Below, in pieces: positions 32,427 through 43,338 of a stretch of DNA of 64,000 nucleotides; the stretch's first letter is position 1, and each line of letters starts with the position of its first letter. Source of the DNA: a plasmid; sequence record NZ_CP041047.1; one strand, 5' to 3'. Position numbers and translations under genes: made by a program. A model generated the notes under the pieces. That model had not been told where the DNA came from, made no database searches, and saw only the letters and a list, made by a program, of their open reading frames with translations.

Positions 32427-34154
32427 ATGGCTGTTATCCGCCACATCAGCATCCAAAACTTTCGGGCAGTGCGACAAGCAGAATGGTGCCCTGGCCCAAG
32501 CCTCAATTGTCTGATAGGCCCAGGGGATTCAGGAAAATCGACCATCATTGACGCGATTGACCTGGTGCTTGGCGCAAGAAGATCGTTTACGTTCAGTGAT
32601 GCAGATTTTCATTTGATGAACACAGCCACGCCAATCTGCATCAGCATAACGCTAGGACAGCTCGATGACGGATTGCTGAATCTCGAAGCTTACGGACGCT
32701 ATTTTCGTGGGTTCAACATTGAAACGAAAGAAATCCATGATGAACCGCTGGCGGGTGATGAGACTGTGCTCACGCTAAGAATGGTCGTCGAAGATGATCT
32801 TGAACCAGACTGGCTCTTATTTTCTGAACGAACAACTGCGGAAGGTCTGGAGAAAAGACTGCAATGGAAGCACCGTGAGCAATTAAGCCCGACGCGCCTT
32901 GGGGCTGCATCCCACCACCACCTGGCATGGGGAAATCGCTCAGTATTAAACAAACTTTCAGATGAGGATTTCAATGTCAGCGCAACGCTGGCCGAGCTTT
33001 CCCGTCAAACCCGGCAAAGCTTTGCTGCCCGGGAACTTCCGCAGCTTGATGCCATTCTGACCGAAGTCAGAACTATCGCGAATTCACTTGGGGTACCGGT
33101 CGGTGAACTGAAAGCGCTTCTGGATGTTAATGGCGTTTCACTCTCTAACAGCGCAATCAGTCTGCATAACAATGATAATACGCCGCTGAGGATGCTTGGC
33201 ACGGGATCGACCCGTTTACTGGTAAGCGGGTTACAGAAAGCTGTCGGGCGTCCAGGGACCATACTTATTGATGAAGCGGAATATGGGCTGGAGCCCTACA
33301 GAATAAGCCAGCTGTTGCATCAACTGGGCTCCCGCGATCCTGAGCCCACTTCGCAGGTATTCATCACCACTCATTCCCCATATGTTCTCCGGGAACTCCA
33401 AGCAACCCAACTATGTGTGCTGCGAAAAGTAAATCAACCGGCCCCAGAGCCTTCACACCTTTTCCTGACACTTAGCGGAGAAGATCAGGAACAGGCAACC
33501 TTACGGGCCTGCGCTGAAGCCTTCTTTAGCAAAGCCGTGATTGTGGGTGAAGGTGGGACTGAGGTTGGTTTTATCAGAGGACTGGATTTATACAGGCAAA
33601 GCAGAGGAAGAACGGGTTTTCAGGATCAAGGTGCCTTTGCTACCGATGGCGCCGGTGGGGAAAAATATTTCAAACGCGCCGAGGTTTTTGCACGACTGGG
33701 GTATCGTACTGCATTACTAAAAGACTCAGATATTATCTCGCAAGCACACAGACTAAAGACAGAACATTGCCGGGCCAGGGGCGTGACCATTTTTGAATGG
33801 GGTAATGGTTTTTCAACAGAGGGAGCCCTGCTAGCCTGGTGCCCTGTTGAGACTATCCGTGACATTGTTCTCCTCGCTGCGGCTCTGAACAGCCAACAAC
33901 AGGTGGATCAGCATATTCAGAACTGCTCCCAGGGAGCTTATAACTTTGAAGCATGCACTGAGGAACCAACGATAGAAATGAGAGAGCCCGTGGCGCGTGC
34001 GGCAGGTGAATATGGTTGGTTTAAAACGATCGGCAAGGCTGAAGACCTGGCGGAAAATATTGTGGGCCCGGCTATCAATGATTTTTCACGGCCGTTCAAG
34101 GCGATAATCAGAGATTTGCTGGGGTGGGCTGCAGATGACGGTGATCAACAATGA
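32427..34154 (+). CDS. gajA: Gabija GajA: OLD-family ABC ATPase-TOPRIM endonuclease
   Basis: Walker A GPGDSGKST, ILIDEAEYGLEP, TOPRIM VIVGEGGTEVGF; 575 aa; GAGGG RBS. Confidence 0.8.
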   Translation: MAVIRHISIQNFRAVRQAEWCPGPSLNCLIGPGDSGKSTIIDAIDLVLGARRSFTFSDADFHLMNTATPICISITLGQLDDGLLNLEAYGRYFRGFNIETKEIHDEPLAGDETVLTLRMVVEDDLEPDWLLFSERTTAEGLEKRLQWKHREQLSPTRLGAASHHHLAWGNRSVLNKLSDEDFNVSATLAELSRQTRQSFAARELPQLDAILTEVRTIANSLGVPVGELKALLDVNGVSLSNSAISLHNNDNTPLRMLGTGSTRLLVSGLQKAVGRPGTILIDEAEYGLEPYRISQLLHQLGSRDPEPTSQVFITTHSPYVLRELQATQLCVLRKVNQPAPEPSHLFLTLSGEDQEQATLRACAEAFFSKAVIVGEGGTEVGFIRGLDLYRQSRGRTGFQDQGAFATDGAGGEKYFKRAEVFARLGYRTALLKDSDIISQAHRLKTEHCRARGVTIFEWGNGFSTEGALLAWCPVETIRDIVLLAAALNSQQQVDQHIQNCSQGAYNFEACTEEPTIEMREPVARAAGEYGWFKTIGKAEDLAENIVGPAINDFSRPFKAIIRDLLGWAADDGDQQ

Positions 34155-35566
34155 GTGTGGATGCCGTTTTAAATGCCACTAAAGGCCTGATTGTAGCGCC
34201 TGCCGGATGCGGCAAAACCCACCTGATTACTGACGCTCTGAGTGTTGCACAAAGTAAGCCGTATCTCGTGCTGACGCATACAACTGCAGGTGTAACGGCA
34301 CTCAAAAAGCGATTGAGTCGTTTTGCAATTCCTCCGCGAAACTATATTGTGACAACAATCGATGGATGGGCGCTGAAGATAGCAGGCTGTTTCCCGGGAT
34401 TGTGCCCGCTTGACGTTGGTCCTGAAAATCCAACCCTTTTCTACCCTTCTCTTCGCCGTGCCGTACTGAACTTGATTGTTAACGGTAATATTAGCGAAAT
34501 CATCACAGCTACTTACTCGCGTTTGCTGGTCGATGAATACCAGGACTGCAATAGTGAACAGCATGAACTGACTTGTGCGCTTTCACGTTTGCTACCAACG
34601 GTCGTCTTTGGTGACCCGATGCAATGTATCTTCAGCTTCAGCGGCCCTATGCCTGACTGGACCCGAACCGTTGAGACTTTTTTCCCTACTCTGGCAACCT
34701 TGCAGACGCCCTGGCGCTGGAACAATGCCCAAACCCCAGATTTGGGCCAATGGATCCTTGAGCAAAGACATCGTTTACTTCGCCGGGAGCGCATTGACTT
34801 AAAGTCTTGTCCTGAATATGTCCGTTTTCATCCTCTTTCACGAAATCACAATGACAATATCCAGCGCCAGCAGCGCGAATATTACTCGCTGCTGCGACAT
34901 TTCCCCAACGACTCGATTTTGGTTATGGGTGATTCACGAAGAGCTTCATCCCGGCATCAATTTGCACAACGTATTAATGGTATTGATGTTGTTGAACCCG
35001 TTGATCTGACTGATGTGATGAGAATGGCCACTTCCCTTGACGAGGCTAATACCGCTAACGTGATGCCAAATATATTACAGGCAGCAGCTGAGCTGATGAC
35101 AAATGTGGGCGTTAGCGCAACCCTACGCAGAATTGGTTCTATTCAAGCCGGTCGAAACATAACGCCCCCTTCTTCACTTGAAATTGCATTAGTAGAGCTT
35201 GCACTGGCACCCACCCGACAAAACATGCGAACAACGCTTCTCTTGCTTGAAGAGAAGTATGAAACTCGCGTATTCAGGGCCGGAGCGCTGCAAGTGCTAA
35301 AAGATGCAATAAATCTGTCCATCAGTTCACCCGAAAAAAGCATTCATGAATCAGCATCTGTCATTCGTGAACAACGCAGATACCAGGGAGAAGGACGTGT
35401 ATCGCATCGCTCAATAGGCTCAACACTTCTTCTGAAAGGACTGGAATGCGATCACGCATTAATACTGGATGCAGGAAATATGGGAGCAAGTGATTTGTAT
35501 GTTGCACTCTCCAGGGGGGCTAAATCTGTTACGGTCTTCTCAGTCCGTGATGAATTCACACCCTGA
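34151..35566 (+). CDS. gajB: Gabija GajB: UvrD/Rep-like SF1 helicase
   Basis: APAGCGKT Walker A, VDEYQD motif, LYVALSRGAKSV motif VI; 4-nt overlap with gajA. Confidence 0.8.
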   Translation: MSVDAVLNATKGLIVAPAGCGKTHLITDALSVAQSKPYLVLTHTTAGVTALKKRLSRFAIPPRNYIVTTIDGWALKIAGCFPGLCPLDVGPENPTLFYPSLRRAVLNLIVNGNISEIITATYSRLLVDEYQDCNSEQHELTCALSRLLPTVVFGDPMQCIFSFSGPMPDWTRTVETFFPTLATLQTPWRWNNAQTPDLGQWILEQRHRLLRRERIDLKSCPEYVRFHPLSRNHNDNIQRQQREYYSLLRHFPNDSILVMGDSRRASSRHQFAQRINGIDVVEPVDLTDVMRMATSLDEANTANVMPNILQAAAELMTNVGVSATLRRIGSIQAGRNITPPSSLEIALVELALAPTRQNMRTTLLLLEEKYETRVFRAGALQVLKDAINLSISSPEKSIHESASVIREQRRYQGEGRVSHRSIGSTLLLKGLECDHALILDAGNMGASDLYVALSRGAKSVTVFSVRDEFTP

Positions 35567-35696
35567 TAGTCCACCAATGGGGCTGGATTTTTTACCTGAG
35601 CGGAATCAGTCCGCAATGGCTCAGAAGCATCCAAAGCATCCGTGGCGATTCAAAGTGTTATTTCACTCATAGACCATTCCTTCAATTTCTTTCAAT

Positions 35697-36326
35697 CTAT
35701 AACTGTGAGGGAGTCGAAATAACTACATTTGATTGCCATTCGGATTCACCACGACGGCGAAAATCTCTGATAACAGCCTCTATGACATCCACGTTCAAAG
35801 CTGGCGCATCAACAATCATTTTAAGGCCGATTCCGTAGGAATAGCCAGGTAAGTAACGGTACTCACTGTAAATTTGTATGGGAGTATTAAGCGCTATTTC
35901 TTGTTCTCGCTTCGAAAGATACTCAGAAAAAGTTAATCCATTGAATATTGCATAGCGAGTAAGATGCCTTGGACTATCGCGTTGCATGGTATCTAGCCTA
36001 AATTCTTCTTCACGCTGATGTGTATTCAACAAACTGTAGGCTTCTTCAAAGGCTAATGAACCAACTACATCATTAAAAGCGGTCTGCGTGGTAATGATTT
36101 CAGCATTCCATAATACGTCAGGCTGGAGACCTAAAAAATAGATATCGCTCCAGTTCCAGATATAATCTTTGCTGTTATAATATTGATCTATATCGCATTC
36201 ATCGTAGAAGATGCCACCATAGATATGACGAGTATTCCGGAGACGATTTTTCAGCTGAATCACTTTTTGCCGACGTTTTCGACGCGAAAGAGAGATAAAA
36301 GAGCGATGCTTTCTTATGCTCGGCAT
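35697..36326 (-). CDS. hypothetical protein, AT-rich, possible defence-associated
   Basis: 209 aa from ATG 36326 with AGAGG RBS; basic N-terminus RRKRRQK; no motif recognised. Confidence 0.45.
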   Translation of the reverse strand: MPSIRKHRSFISLSRRKRRQKVIQLKNRLRNTRHIYGGIFYDECDIDQYYNSKDYIWNWSDIYFLGLQPDVLWNAEIITTQTAFNDVVGSLAFEEAYSLLNTHQREEEFRLDTMQRDSPRHLTRYAIFNGLTFSEYLSKREQEIALNTPIQIYSEYRYLPGYSYGIGLKMIVDAPALNVDVIEAVIRDFRRRGESEWQSNVVISTPSQL

Positions 36327-36989
36327 TGAGACCTCTATACTATCAGAGTTATGCTTACCTGAAAAATGGCAGCCGATCAGGGTAATGGAAAAAAAGTATA
36401 CTTTCAAGCGTTGGCTTAAAGTCTGTTCAGCGATAACATCGTTCTTCGTCGCTGACAACTTCCTTGCGCTCCACTATCAGTTCCGAGGCCCGGATTTGCT
36501 TTTCCAGTGACCCTGACCTGAAATCCTGCCCCATTCAGAAACATAATTCCGGCATGATCTACGCTGCCTGAACGGAGGTGGTGCCGATGCCCCCTTCTCT
36601 TCGTCATGCAACACTATCGCTATGCTTACCGGCTTCGTTATACTGATACAAATTTTATACATCTTTTATTCAGTCAACATTAACAGTATCTCAGTGTGTT
36701 TCCCTGTTATTTCTGCGCGGGTTAAACTGAAGCATCGTTTTTTGCTCTGTAGAATCGGAAGCATCTGTCCCGGAAGGACAAATGAAAAAATCAGAAAAGC
36801 ACAAAGATGCATTGCTGTGCAAATAGGTGACACCTATCCAGAAATACTTGAACCATTGCGGGAAAAATTCGAAATGATTATAAATATCGACAACACCGCC
36901 CCACATACCGGGGCAACTAAGATAGTGAATGCTGTTCATTCATGCGACTTGTGAGATGATGGAAGGAAGGTTCTGTCGTGGTCAACTAT

Positions 36990-37883
36990 CTACAAGCCGC
37001 TATAATAGTCAATTAATTGCTTGCAAAATTTCTTGCTTCGGATGTTACCAACATAGCTGCTGTTTAACAAAGTACCAAATTGTCGAGCTTTTTCATTATT
37101 GAACCCTCGAAATTTGTCTTGGTTGCTGTGATAGATATATATTGATTCAAATTCTCCAATGTTATTTCTTAAGAGCTGTTTATCTATATCTACTGCTATA
37201 TCGCTAATTAGTGACATGTATTTCTTCAATGATTCCAACTCAACCTTGTCATGGAATTTATCTTCCACTCGATCAACAAAGACGCCATTATCCATTCTGC
37301 TGAATGAATGCGCCGCTCGATTTCTTATTTTTCTGATTTTCTCCAATGTTTCAATGTTATCACGAATTGAGGATGGTAATTCCAAAAATACCAATTCGAA
37401 ATTCCTAGCCCTATCATACCAAGTACCCTTCACAAGGGAGGTTATTATTTTTTCAGTGTTCACTGCTTTGGTGTTTTTAATTAACTTCGTCCCATCAACT
37501 GCCCTAGATTCTCCAATCATGACACCTGGGTCTGATAACAAGGAAATTGTGCCAATCCTTTTTATATAAAATTCCAAATATGAAAGGATTGAGGTTAAAG
37601 CATTTATATAGCATAAATTCTGGAAGCTCTTGAAGTTTTTCATCCAAAGTGCTTTACTTTTCTCTACTCTTCTAGAGTCTATCCCGGACACATGAAATAT
37701 ATCATGAATAGTTTTATCAGCTTTATCATGCCTTACTAAATACTCCCCAAAGCTTTGTAATGGTACAAAGCTCCAAATATAATTATTTATTTCACAATGG
37801 TGTTTGTTAAAAACTCGATAAGAATTTGTATTTGGATCAAGACAACTCCATCTATTGAAACTTTCGTTCTCATCTTCGTTCAT
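36990..37883 (-). CDS. HEPN-motif (Rx4H) protein, abortive-infection (Abi_2/AbiD-like) candidate
   Basis: 297 aa from ATG 37883 with AGGAG RBS; KIRNRAAHSF Rx4H motif; very AT-rich. Confidence 0.5.
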   Translation of the reverse strand: MNEDENESFNRWSCLDPNTNSYRVFNKHHCEINNYIWSFVPLQSFGEYLVRHDKADKTIHDIFHVSGIDSRRVEKSKALWMKNFKSFQNLCYINALTSILSYLEFYIKRIGTISLLSDPGVMIGESRAVDGTKLIKNTKAVNTEKIITSLVKGTWYDRARNFELVFLELPSSIRDNIETLEKIRKIRNRAAHSFSRMDNGVFVDRVEDKFHDKVELESLKKYMSLISDIAVDIDKQLLRNNIGEFESIYIYHSNQDKFRGFNNEKARQFGTLLNSSYVGNIRSKKFCKQLIDYYSGL

Positions 37884-38209
37884 GATAACCACGTACTCCT
37901 TATTATAAATTTTATGGGCTGTAATTATTCGACTTGCAGAGAATAGCATGAACAAGCATAGTGGTGAATTTCTTTGTAATCCCACTTTAATATACTATAT
38001 TAACCTTCTTATCCTGCCGATACTCCTGATGTAGACCTCGGTAAACTTAACAATGCTACCGCCATCAGAGTCATAAGTTCCGATAAGGTATTGATGTATC
38101 AAATGCTACCAAATTTCATGGATTGTTCAAGAAGGCAATCAGACAACCCCTAAAACTTGATGGGCCTAGCTATGTGATTGCGATGAGACATGGTGACCTG
38201 CCGGATGCA

Positions 38210-38467
38210 TCAAGGCAACAACGCTTCGGTCAGCGCTCCGGAAATATACTCATCACCGCCCGGTTCATAGTGCGCAGCATAACGCGTATCGGCGAGATAA
38301 AACCGGTTCGCCGCCTGCTGAATTGCGTCCTCAAGTACGGTGTCCTCAAGCGCACGGGCATAAATTCGAGTATCGGTCAAGGCCACCCGTTTCCGAGTAG
38401 CCTTGTACTTTATTACCAACATATATGAACTGGTATTTCTATGTGATAAGTTGATGCACTTATGCAC
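38210..38467 (-). other. possible gene fragment
   Basis: 85-aa ORF with no upstream context; GC differs from neighbours. Confidence 0.15.
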
Positions 38468-38550
38468 CAGTCTTACGCCTGCTCTAGAGACCTTGATTTA
38501 ACCCTAAACGCCGTGTTAACGAGTGGGTGAGCGTCTTAGGAATGCGGGCG

Positions 38551-38808
38551 TTAGTCCTTCTCCTCGTCCCAGTCCTCTTCATCATCATCTTCCTCTTCAT
38601 ATTCGTCTTCTTCTTCATCGTCAACTTCGCCCACACCACCGCAGTGGGGGCAGATTGACGTTTCAGTTGTACCATCACCATAACAGGTGTGGCATTGTGC
38701 AAAGGGTTTGTCTTCTTCAGGACTGTAACCCGATCCATCGCACTCCGGGCAGGTAACCTCGAATAGGCCGTCTCGGCCATGGCATACTGGGCAAGTTTGA
38801 ATTGTCAT
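38551..38808 (-). CDS. DnaJ-type zinc-finger (4x CxxCxGxG) protein with acidic tail
   Basis: CPVCHGRDG, CPECDGSG, CHTCYGDG, CPHCGGVG repeats; start 38808 after GAGGAAG RBS; poly-Asp/Glu C-terminus. Confidence 0.55.
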   Translation of the reverse strand: MTIQTCPVCHGRDGLFEVTCPECDGSGYSPEEDKPFAQCHTCYGDGTTETSICPHCGGVGEVDDEEEDEYEEEDDDEEDWDEEKD

Positions 38809-38880
38809 TCTCTCTTCCTCTAATTTTGGGATGCATAAATAAGCCCGGTCAGTAACTGACCGGAGGGAAATCAACACGGC

Positions 38881-40077
38881 TTACTTAAACCGCGCCTTAA
38901 GGGATTTAATTTGGGGGGTCGTTGCCAGCTCACAGCACCAGGCTTCAGTATCTGGGAAGGCAGAAATTTTATGGCGTAGCTCGTGTAGGCGCTCGTTTTC
39001 GGGATCAACACCGTGCAGCGGCAAAAAATCCGGGGTCAGGATGCACAGTGCGCAGGCTGCAAAGCCTTCCATGCGCTTTTCAGCGCCCTCAAGCTGTATG
39101 GTCACCAAATTACGCGTTAGTCGATCCACTTCCACCGGATCATCACTGTTACGAATAGCCTCTACCACGATTGTGTTGTAATTGCGATAGAGATCGGTTT
39201 CGGAATCACCATGCGCAAATACTGGCACCTGGGCCCGACGCTGTCGATATTGTTCAAAGGTCATCTCAATCACCTCTAACGCCAGCTGCTTATCAATCCG
39301 GGTCGTATCAGCCTTATAGAAAAGTGATTGTGCTAGCTGATGGCCAGCGTATATCTCTCCAAGCCGAAACATTCCCGAGAGTGCCATGATGCCCCGCCAG
39401 GTTTTAATGGGCTCTCCGGTGTTAATCCAGCGTGTAGCAATGGTGCCAACCTCAAGAATGAGCAACTCCCAGGCAGGTGAAGAACGAACTTTGGTCATAA
39501 GGCTGTCTTCCTGGGCCAGGAAGTGTAAAGCGATAGCTCGGTACACATGTTTTTGCTCAGGATTCTCAGACCCAACTAAATGATCAAACACATGGTGGAA
39601 TTCCTCAATCAGGCGGCCTTCATCTTTGGCCTGAACCATCTCCTGATAATTTGATTCATACTTGTCTTCTACAATCGCCAGGGGCTGCACTAACTCGATT
39701 AGGTTCACACACTGAACATAAAGATTATCCGGCACCCGGAAATGTGCTTTCGCTGCATGGTGATTGATAAATGCAGACAGGCGGTCAGCCATAGCCTTAC
39801 GGCGATCAATAACCTGGTTCCAGGACAAACCTTCATCGACGACAAGGGCAAGTGCCGGTATATCATTGAGCTTTTCGACGCCCAGCATGGCAGTCAACAA
39901 ATCCGTTTCACCCGACTGTTGCCCTTGGACATGGTACGCATCATGGTAACCTTGCCGAAATGTGTTGATATCGGCTACAGAGTCAAATTTTTTGAGACTT
40001 GATTTAATGCGGCCGATGGCCGTGCGAGCAAGTTTACGGTCGAATTTCTGCGACGCGAATGACGATGGTGAGTTCAT
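38881..40077 (-). CDS. hypothetical all-alpha protein, upstream partner of the zinc-finger gene
   Basis: 398-aa ORF, 70 bp upstream of and co-oriented with the Zn-finger gene. Confidence 0.5.
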   Translation of the reverse strand: MNSPSSFASQKFDRKLARTAIGRIKSSLKKFDSVADINTFRQGYHDAYHVQGQQSGETDLLTAMLGVEKLNDIPALALVVDEGLSWNQVIDRRKAMADRLSAFINHHAAKAHFRVPDNLYVQCVNLIELVQPLAIVEDKYESNYQEMVQAKDEGRLIEEFHHVFDHLVGSENPEQKHVYRAIALHFLAQEDSLMTKVRSSPAWELLILEVGTIATRWINTGEPIKTWRGIMALSGMFRLGEIYAGHQLAQSLFYKADTTRIDKQLALEVIEMTFEQYRQRRAQVPVFAHGDSETDLYRNYNTIVVEAIRNSDDPVEVDRLTRNLVTIQLEGAEKRMEGFAACALCILTPDFLPLHGVDPENERLHELRHKISAFPDTEAWCCELATTPQIKSLKARFK

Positions 40078-40460
40078 GGTTTTTCCTCAAGTAGACAAAG
40101 TCCTGACACATAAAAAGTGCCATGTATTGGACCCGGAGTCGTCTGACCCCCTTGAGGTTGGGTAGTAGCCTAACCCTTTTACCGTATCGCGCTTGCCCTG
40201 TGATGTCAATACACCTTACCCCAATGACGCTATAACGCTTTTTACAACCTTTTATTAGTTTGGAAAAGGTCCATGAACTGAAGCAGAGTAAGCTGTCAGA
40301 ATATATTTAAAAGAGGCGCATTTCCTGTTAGTTCATGAAGTTCTCTTAAAGTGATTTCAACTTTCTGTTAAAAAAATCTTTTATAGCAGAGAAGCACACG
40401 CATTAAAAACCCGGCCACTGTCACTGTGACTGGATAAGCCGACGGGACCTGCGTTTCTCA

Positions 40461-41246
40461 TTATCTGGCGGCAATTACCGCATCTGCAATTTCCACAAAA
40501 CCAGCACCTCCCGGGCCACGGGTGATCCACTGTGGAGGTTTCGGGATTTGATCAAGGAAATCTGATACCGTGCTCACTCCCACCGTATGTTCAAAGAATG
40601 AAAACATCGGCGCATCATTCGTCGAGTCGCCGCTATACAATACGGCAGAACGTTCGGCATCAATGTCGAGATCGTAATAATCCCTGAGCACTCGTCGGGC
40701 CATAGATAACTTGTCATACTCTCCAGACCAACCAAGAATCCAGAGATTGTTTACGGTGGTTGTCGCACCTGCTTGCGTCAATGCGTTAAGTATTAATGAA
40801 CACTGATGGGCTTCTGGCGGTTTAGCAAAGGCAATGGACGTCATCCTGAAAGGTTGATCGTCGGCAAAATGAGCGGCAGGAATTTCCCTTTTTATCTGTT
40901 CCCCAATTTGCGTCAGGCGCTCAGCGACGTCAGGATATTTTTCTGTGCCGTGCCAGAAGAAACGCTCAATGCCATGACCGTCATTTTGCCTCCTGAAAAA
41001 CACACCGCCATTTTCACCAATGACACCATCAACTGGCCACATCCGTGCCATCTGGTCGCACCAGCCGGCTGGCGCGGCTGTGACCGGTATCACTTTGACT
41101 CCCGCGTTCTGCAACCGTTCCAACGCCATATAGGTTTCAGCCGCAAGGCGCCCCTTGTAAGTCAGCGTTTCATCCATGTCTGTGAGAACAAAACGCACAT
41201 GTTTAAATGTTGACGAATCTGCGGAACAGATCTCTTTCATAAGCAC
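40461..41246 (-). CDS. HAD-superfamily hydrolase (Cof/subfamily IIB-like)
   Basis: motif I LTDMDETLT, C-terminal GDSTNDAPMF. Confidence 0.7.
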   Translation of the reverse strand: MLMKEICSADSSTFKHVRFVLTDMDETLTYKGRLAAETYMALERLQNAGVKVIPVTAAPAGWCDQMARMWPVDGVIGENGGVFFRRQNDGHGIERFFWHGTEKYPDVAERLTQIGEQIKREIPAAHFADDQPFRMTSIAFAKPPEAHQCSLILNALTQAGATTTVNNLWILGWSGEYDKLSMARRVLRDYYDLDIDAERSAVLYSGDSTNDAPMFSFFEHTVGVSTVSDFLDQIPKPPQWITRGPGGAGFVEIADAVIAAR

Positions 41247-41530
41247 GCTCGAAGACTTGTAGAGATAATAATGGTTTATAATTAAACGACTTATGGAATT
41301 ATTAAAGTCAAAATCGTACTAAGTTATAATTTTTATTGCGTTATTTACACCTCAGAGTCGCGTTTGGGCGGTGAAGGTGTGCTGGGTGCGGTTCAGATGC
41401 AGCATGTTCATACTCACACAACTTAACATCTCCCAACGGCTCTCGTCGAGTCATGGCGTTCTGAATGAAATCGGAGAAATCTTGCGATGACTAGTCGAAA
41501 AATTAAACTGTTATTTTATTACAACATGAT

Positions 41531-41556
41531 ATCCGGGGTTCTCTCCCCGGATATTT
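41531..41556 (-). terminator. perfect 10-bp hairpin downstream of eriC-F operon
   Basis: ATATCCGGGG-AGAGAA-CCCCGGATAT; weak U tract. Confidence 0.35.
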
Positions 41557-41578
41557 TATCATGACTACTTTCCTGTAT

Positions 41579-41968
41579 TCAGGCAAACTCAGGTGCATGA
41601 AGGGAAATATGGTGAGCATGAGGCTCTTCACATTTTAATAGTACGGCATATACCTTTTTTAACTCTTCCATATTTTCATGAAGAAAAGCTCTCAGATTTT
41701 CTTCCGAGTCCAGTAGCTCGAGACACTGGGGATGTGTCATATTGGTTAACTCAGGATGATGGTGAGATAATCGTTTTCCGGGAAGATAACCGGAGGTGAC
41801 ATGATGTAATGTCGCTGCTTTAATGTCTGATTTCTTCGCCACGGAAAGAAGATGCTGCGCCAGTTGGGGAGCTAGTAATCTGTGCCAAAAACGTCTGGCA
41901 CTGGCTTTAGATGCGACTGGAAAATATAATCTTAAAGCGGCTAAAGTCTGGACTGCATCTGCACTCAT
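41579..41968 (-). CDS. hypothetical protein translationally coupled to eriC-F
   Basis: 129 aa, start overlaps eriC-F stop. Confidence 0.45.
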   Translation of the reverse strand: MSADAVQTLAALRLYFPVASKASARRFWHRLLAPQLAQHLLSVAKKSDIKAATLHHVTSGYLPGKRLSHHHPELTNMTHPQCLELLDSEENLRAFLHENMEELKKVYAVLLKCEEPHAHHISLHAPEFA

Positions 41969-43338
41969 TTAGAACTCTCCATTGTGACTTCTTTGTCTTT
42001 TTTCGGTTGGATTTTTATTTCATTTTCTTCACTTGATAACGCGAAAGATTTCTTCCTGCGAACAGCAGAAATTTCAGAAATGCGTAGCTCAGACGGAACA
42101 AGTGTACGGTATCGGCGGCTTTTGGCATGACCGACTCGCTGGGCATGATAAATCCCGGTATGTCCTGAAAAAAGATATGCCGTAAAGCAGCCGACGGCAG
42201 AAAATACCGCCATTTCGGTACCGAACAGTTCCATCGCCATAAAGGTTGTCGCAAGCGGGGTATTTGCCGCACCGGCAAACACAGCTACAAAACCTATCCC
42301 GGCCATAAAAGCAAATGGCATGTGCAGAAGAGGAGCGAGAGCATTCCCCAGAGTGGCACCAATGTAAAACAGAGGTGTGACCTCACCACCTTTAAATCCT
42401 GTCGCCAGAGAAACGATGGTAAAGCTCATTTTTCCCATAAAATCCATCGGATATAGCGGTTCTTTAAAGGCTCGGACAATTTCCGGAATACCGAGACCAA
42501 TATAACGGTCAGTACCGATAAACCAGACGGCGGCAGCAATCAGTATCCCTCCGAAAAAAGGACGCAAAGGAGCATATTTAATGTAACGTTTAACGATCCC
42601 ACTAGCCTTTCCGGTCGCGACAGAGAATACCATTCCTGCCAGCCCGAATACGGCACCCGCTATCACAACGGACAGGAAACTCCATATAGTAAATGCCGGG
42701 ATGAAATCGATGCGGTAATGTGTGTGATGTACCCCCCATGCCAGACAGACCTGATCGGCAAGCACTGCGGCAACCAGACAGGGGAACAGCGCGTCATAAC
42801 GAATTCGCCCTATTGCCAGTACTTCCATCCCAAAGATAGCACCGGCCATCGGGGTACCGAATACTGACGAAAAGCCCGCGCTCATCCCAGCCATCAGCAG
42901 TATCCGACGAGCGTCTTTCTTCACTTTAAACATATGCGTCAACTGATCGGCCAGGGCTCCCCCCATCTGAACCGCCGTCCCTTCGCGCCCTACCGAAGCG
43001 CCAAACAGATGCGACATGAGGGTACCGCCCAGAACCAGTGGCACCATCCTTATCGGAACCACCTTTCTCGGATCGTGTATCTCATCGATAATCAGGTTAT
43101 TGCCAGCGTTGACGGGCTCGCCATACCAGCTGTAAACCAGTCCGACCAGGAGACCTGCCAGTGGAAGCAACCATATCATCCAGGAATGGGATTCCCGCCA
43201 TGCTGTGGCATTATCGAGTGAGAGCAGAAATACCGCGGATGCAGTACCTGCCAGTAATGCGATAAGACTCGCAGTAACTAACCATGCCCCTATATAGGAA
43301 AATAATTCAATTTGATCGTGGTGTTTTAGTCGTTTCAT
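41965..43338 (-). CDS. eriC-F: CLC-F fluoride/proton antiporter
   Basis: CLC-F signatures GNNLI and GREGT (instead of GSGIP/GKEGP), GTPMAG; true start ATG 43338 (AGGA RBS); fluoride riboswitch upstream. Confidence 0.85.
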   Translation of the reverse strand: MKRLKHHDQIELFSYIGAWLVTASLIALLAGTASAVFLLSLDNATAWRESHSWMIWLLPLAGLLVGLVYSWYGEPVNAGNNLIIDEIHDPRKVVPIRMVPLVLGGTLMSHLFGASVGREGTAVQMGGALADQLTHMFKVKKDARRILLMAGMSAGFSSVFGTPMAGAIFGMEVLAIGRIRYDALFPCLVAAVLADQVCLAWGVHHTHYRIDFIPAFTIWSFLSVVIAGAVFGLAGMVFSVATGKASGIVKRYIKYAPLRPFFGGILIAAAVWFIGTDRYIGLGIPEIVRAFKEPLYPMDFMGKMSFTIVSLATGFKGGEVTPLFYIGATLGNALAPLLHMPFAFMAGIGFVAVFAGAANTPLATTFMAMELFGTEMAVFSAVGCFTAYLFSGHTGIYHAQRVGHAKSRRYRTLVPSELRISEISAVRRKKSFALSSEENEIKIQPKKDKEVTMESSK

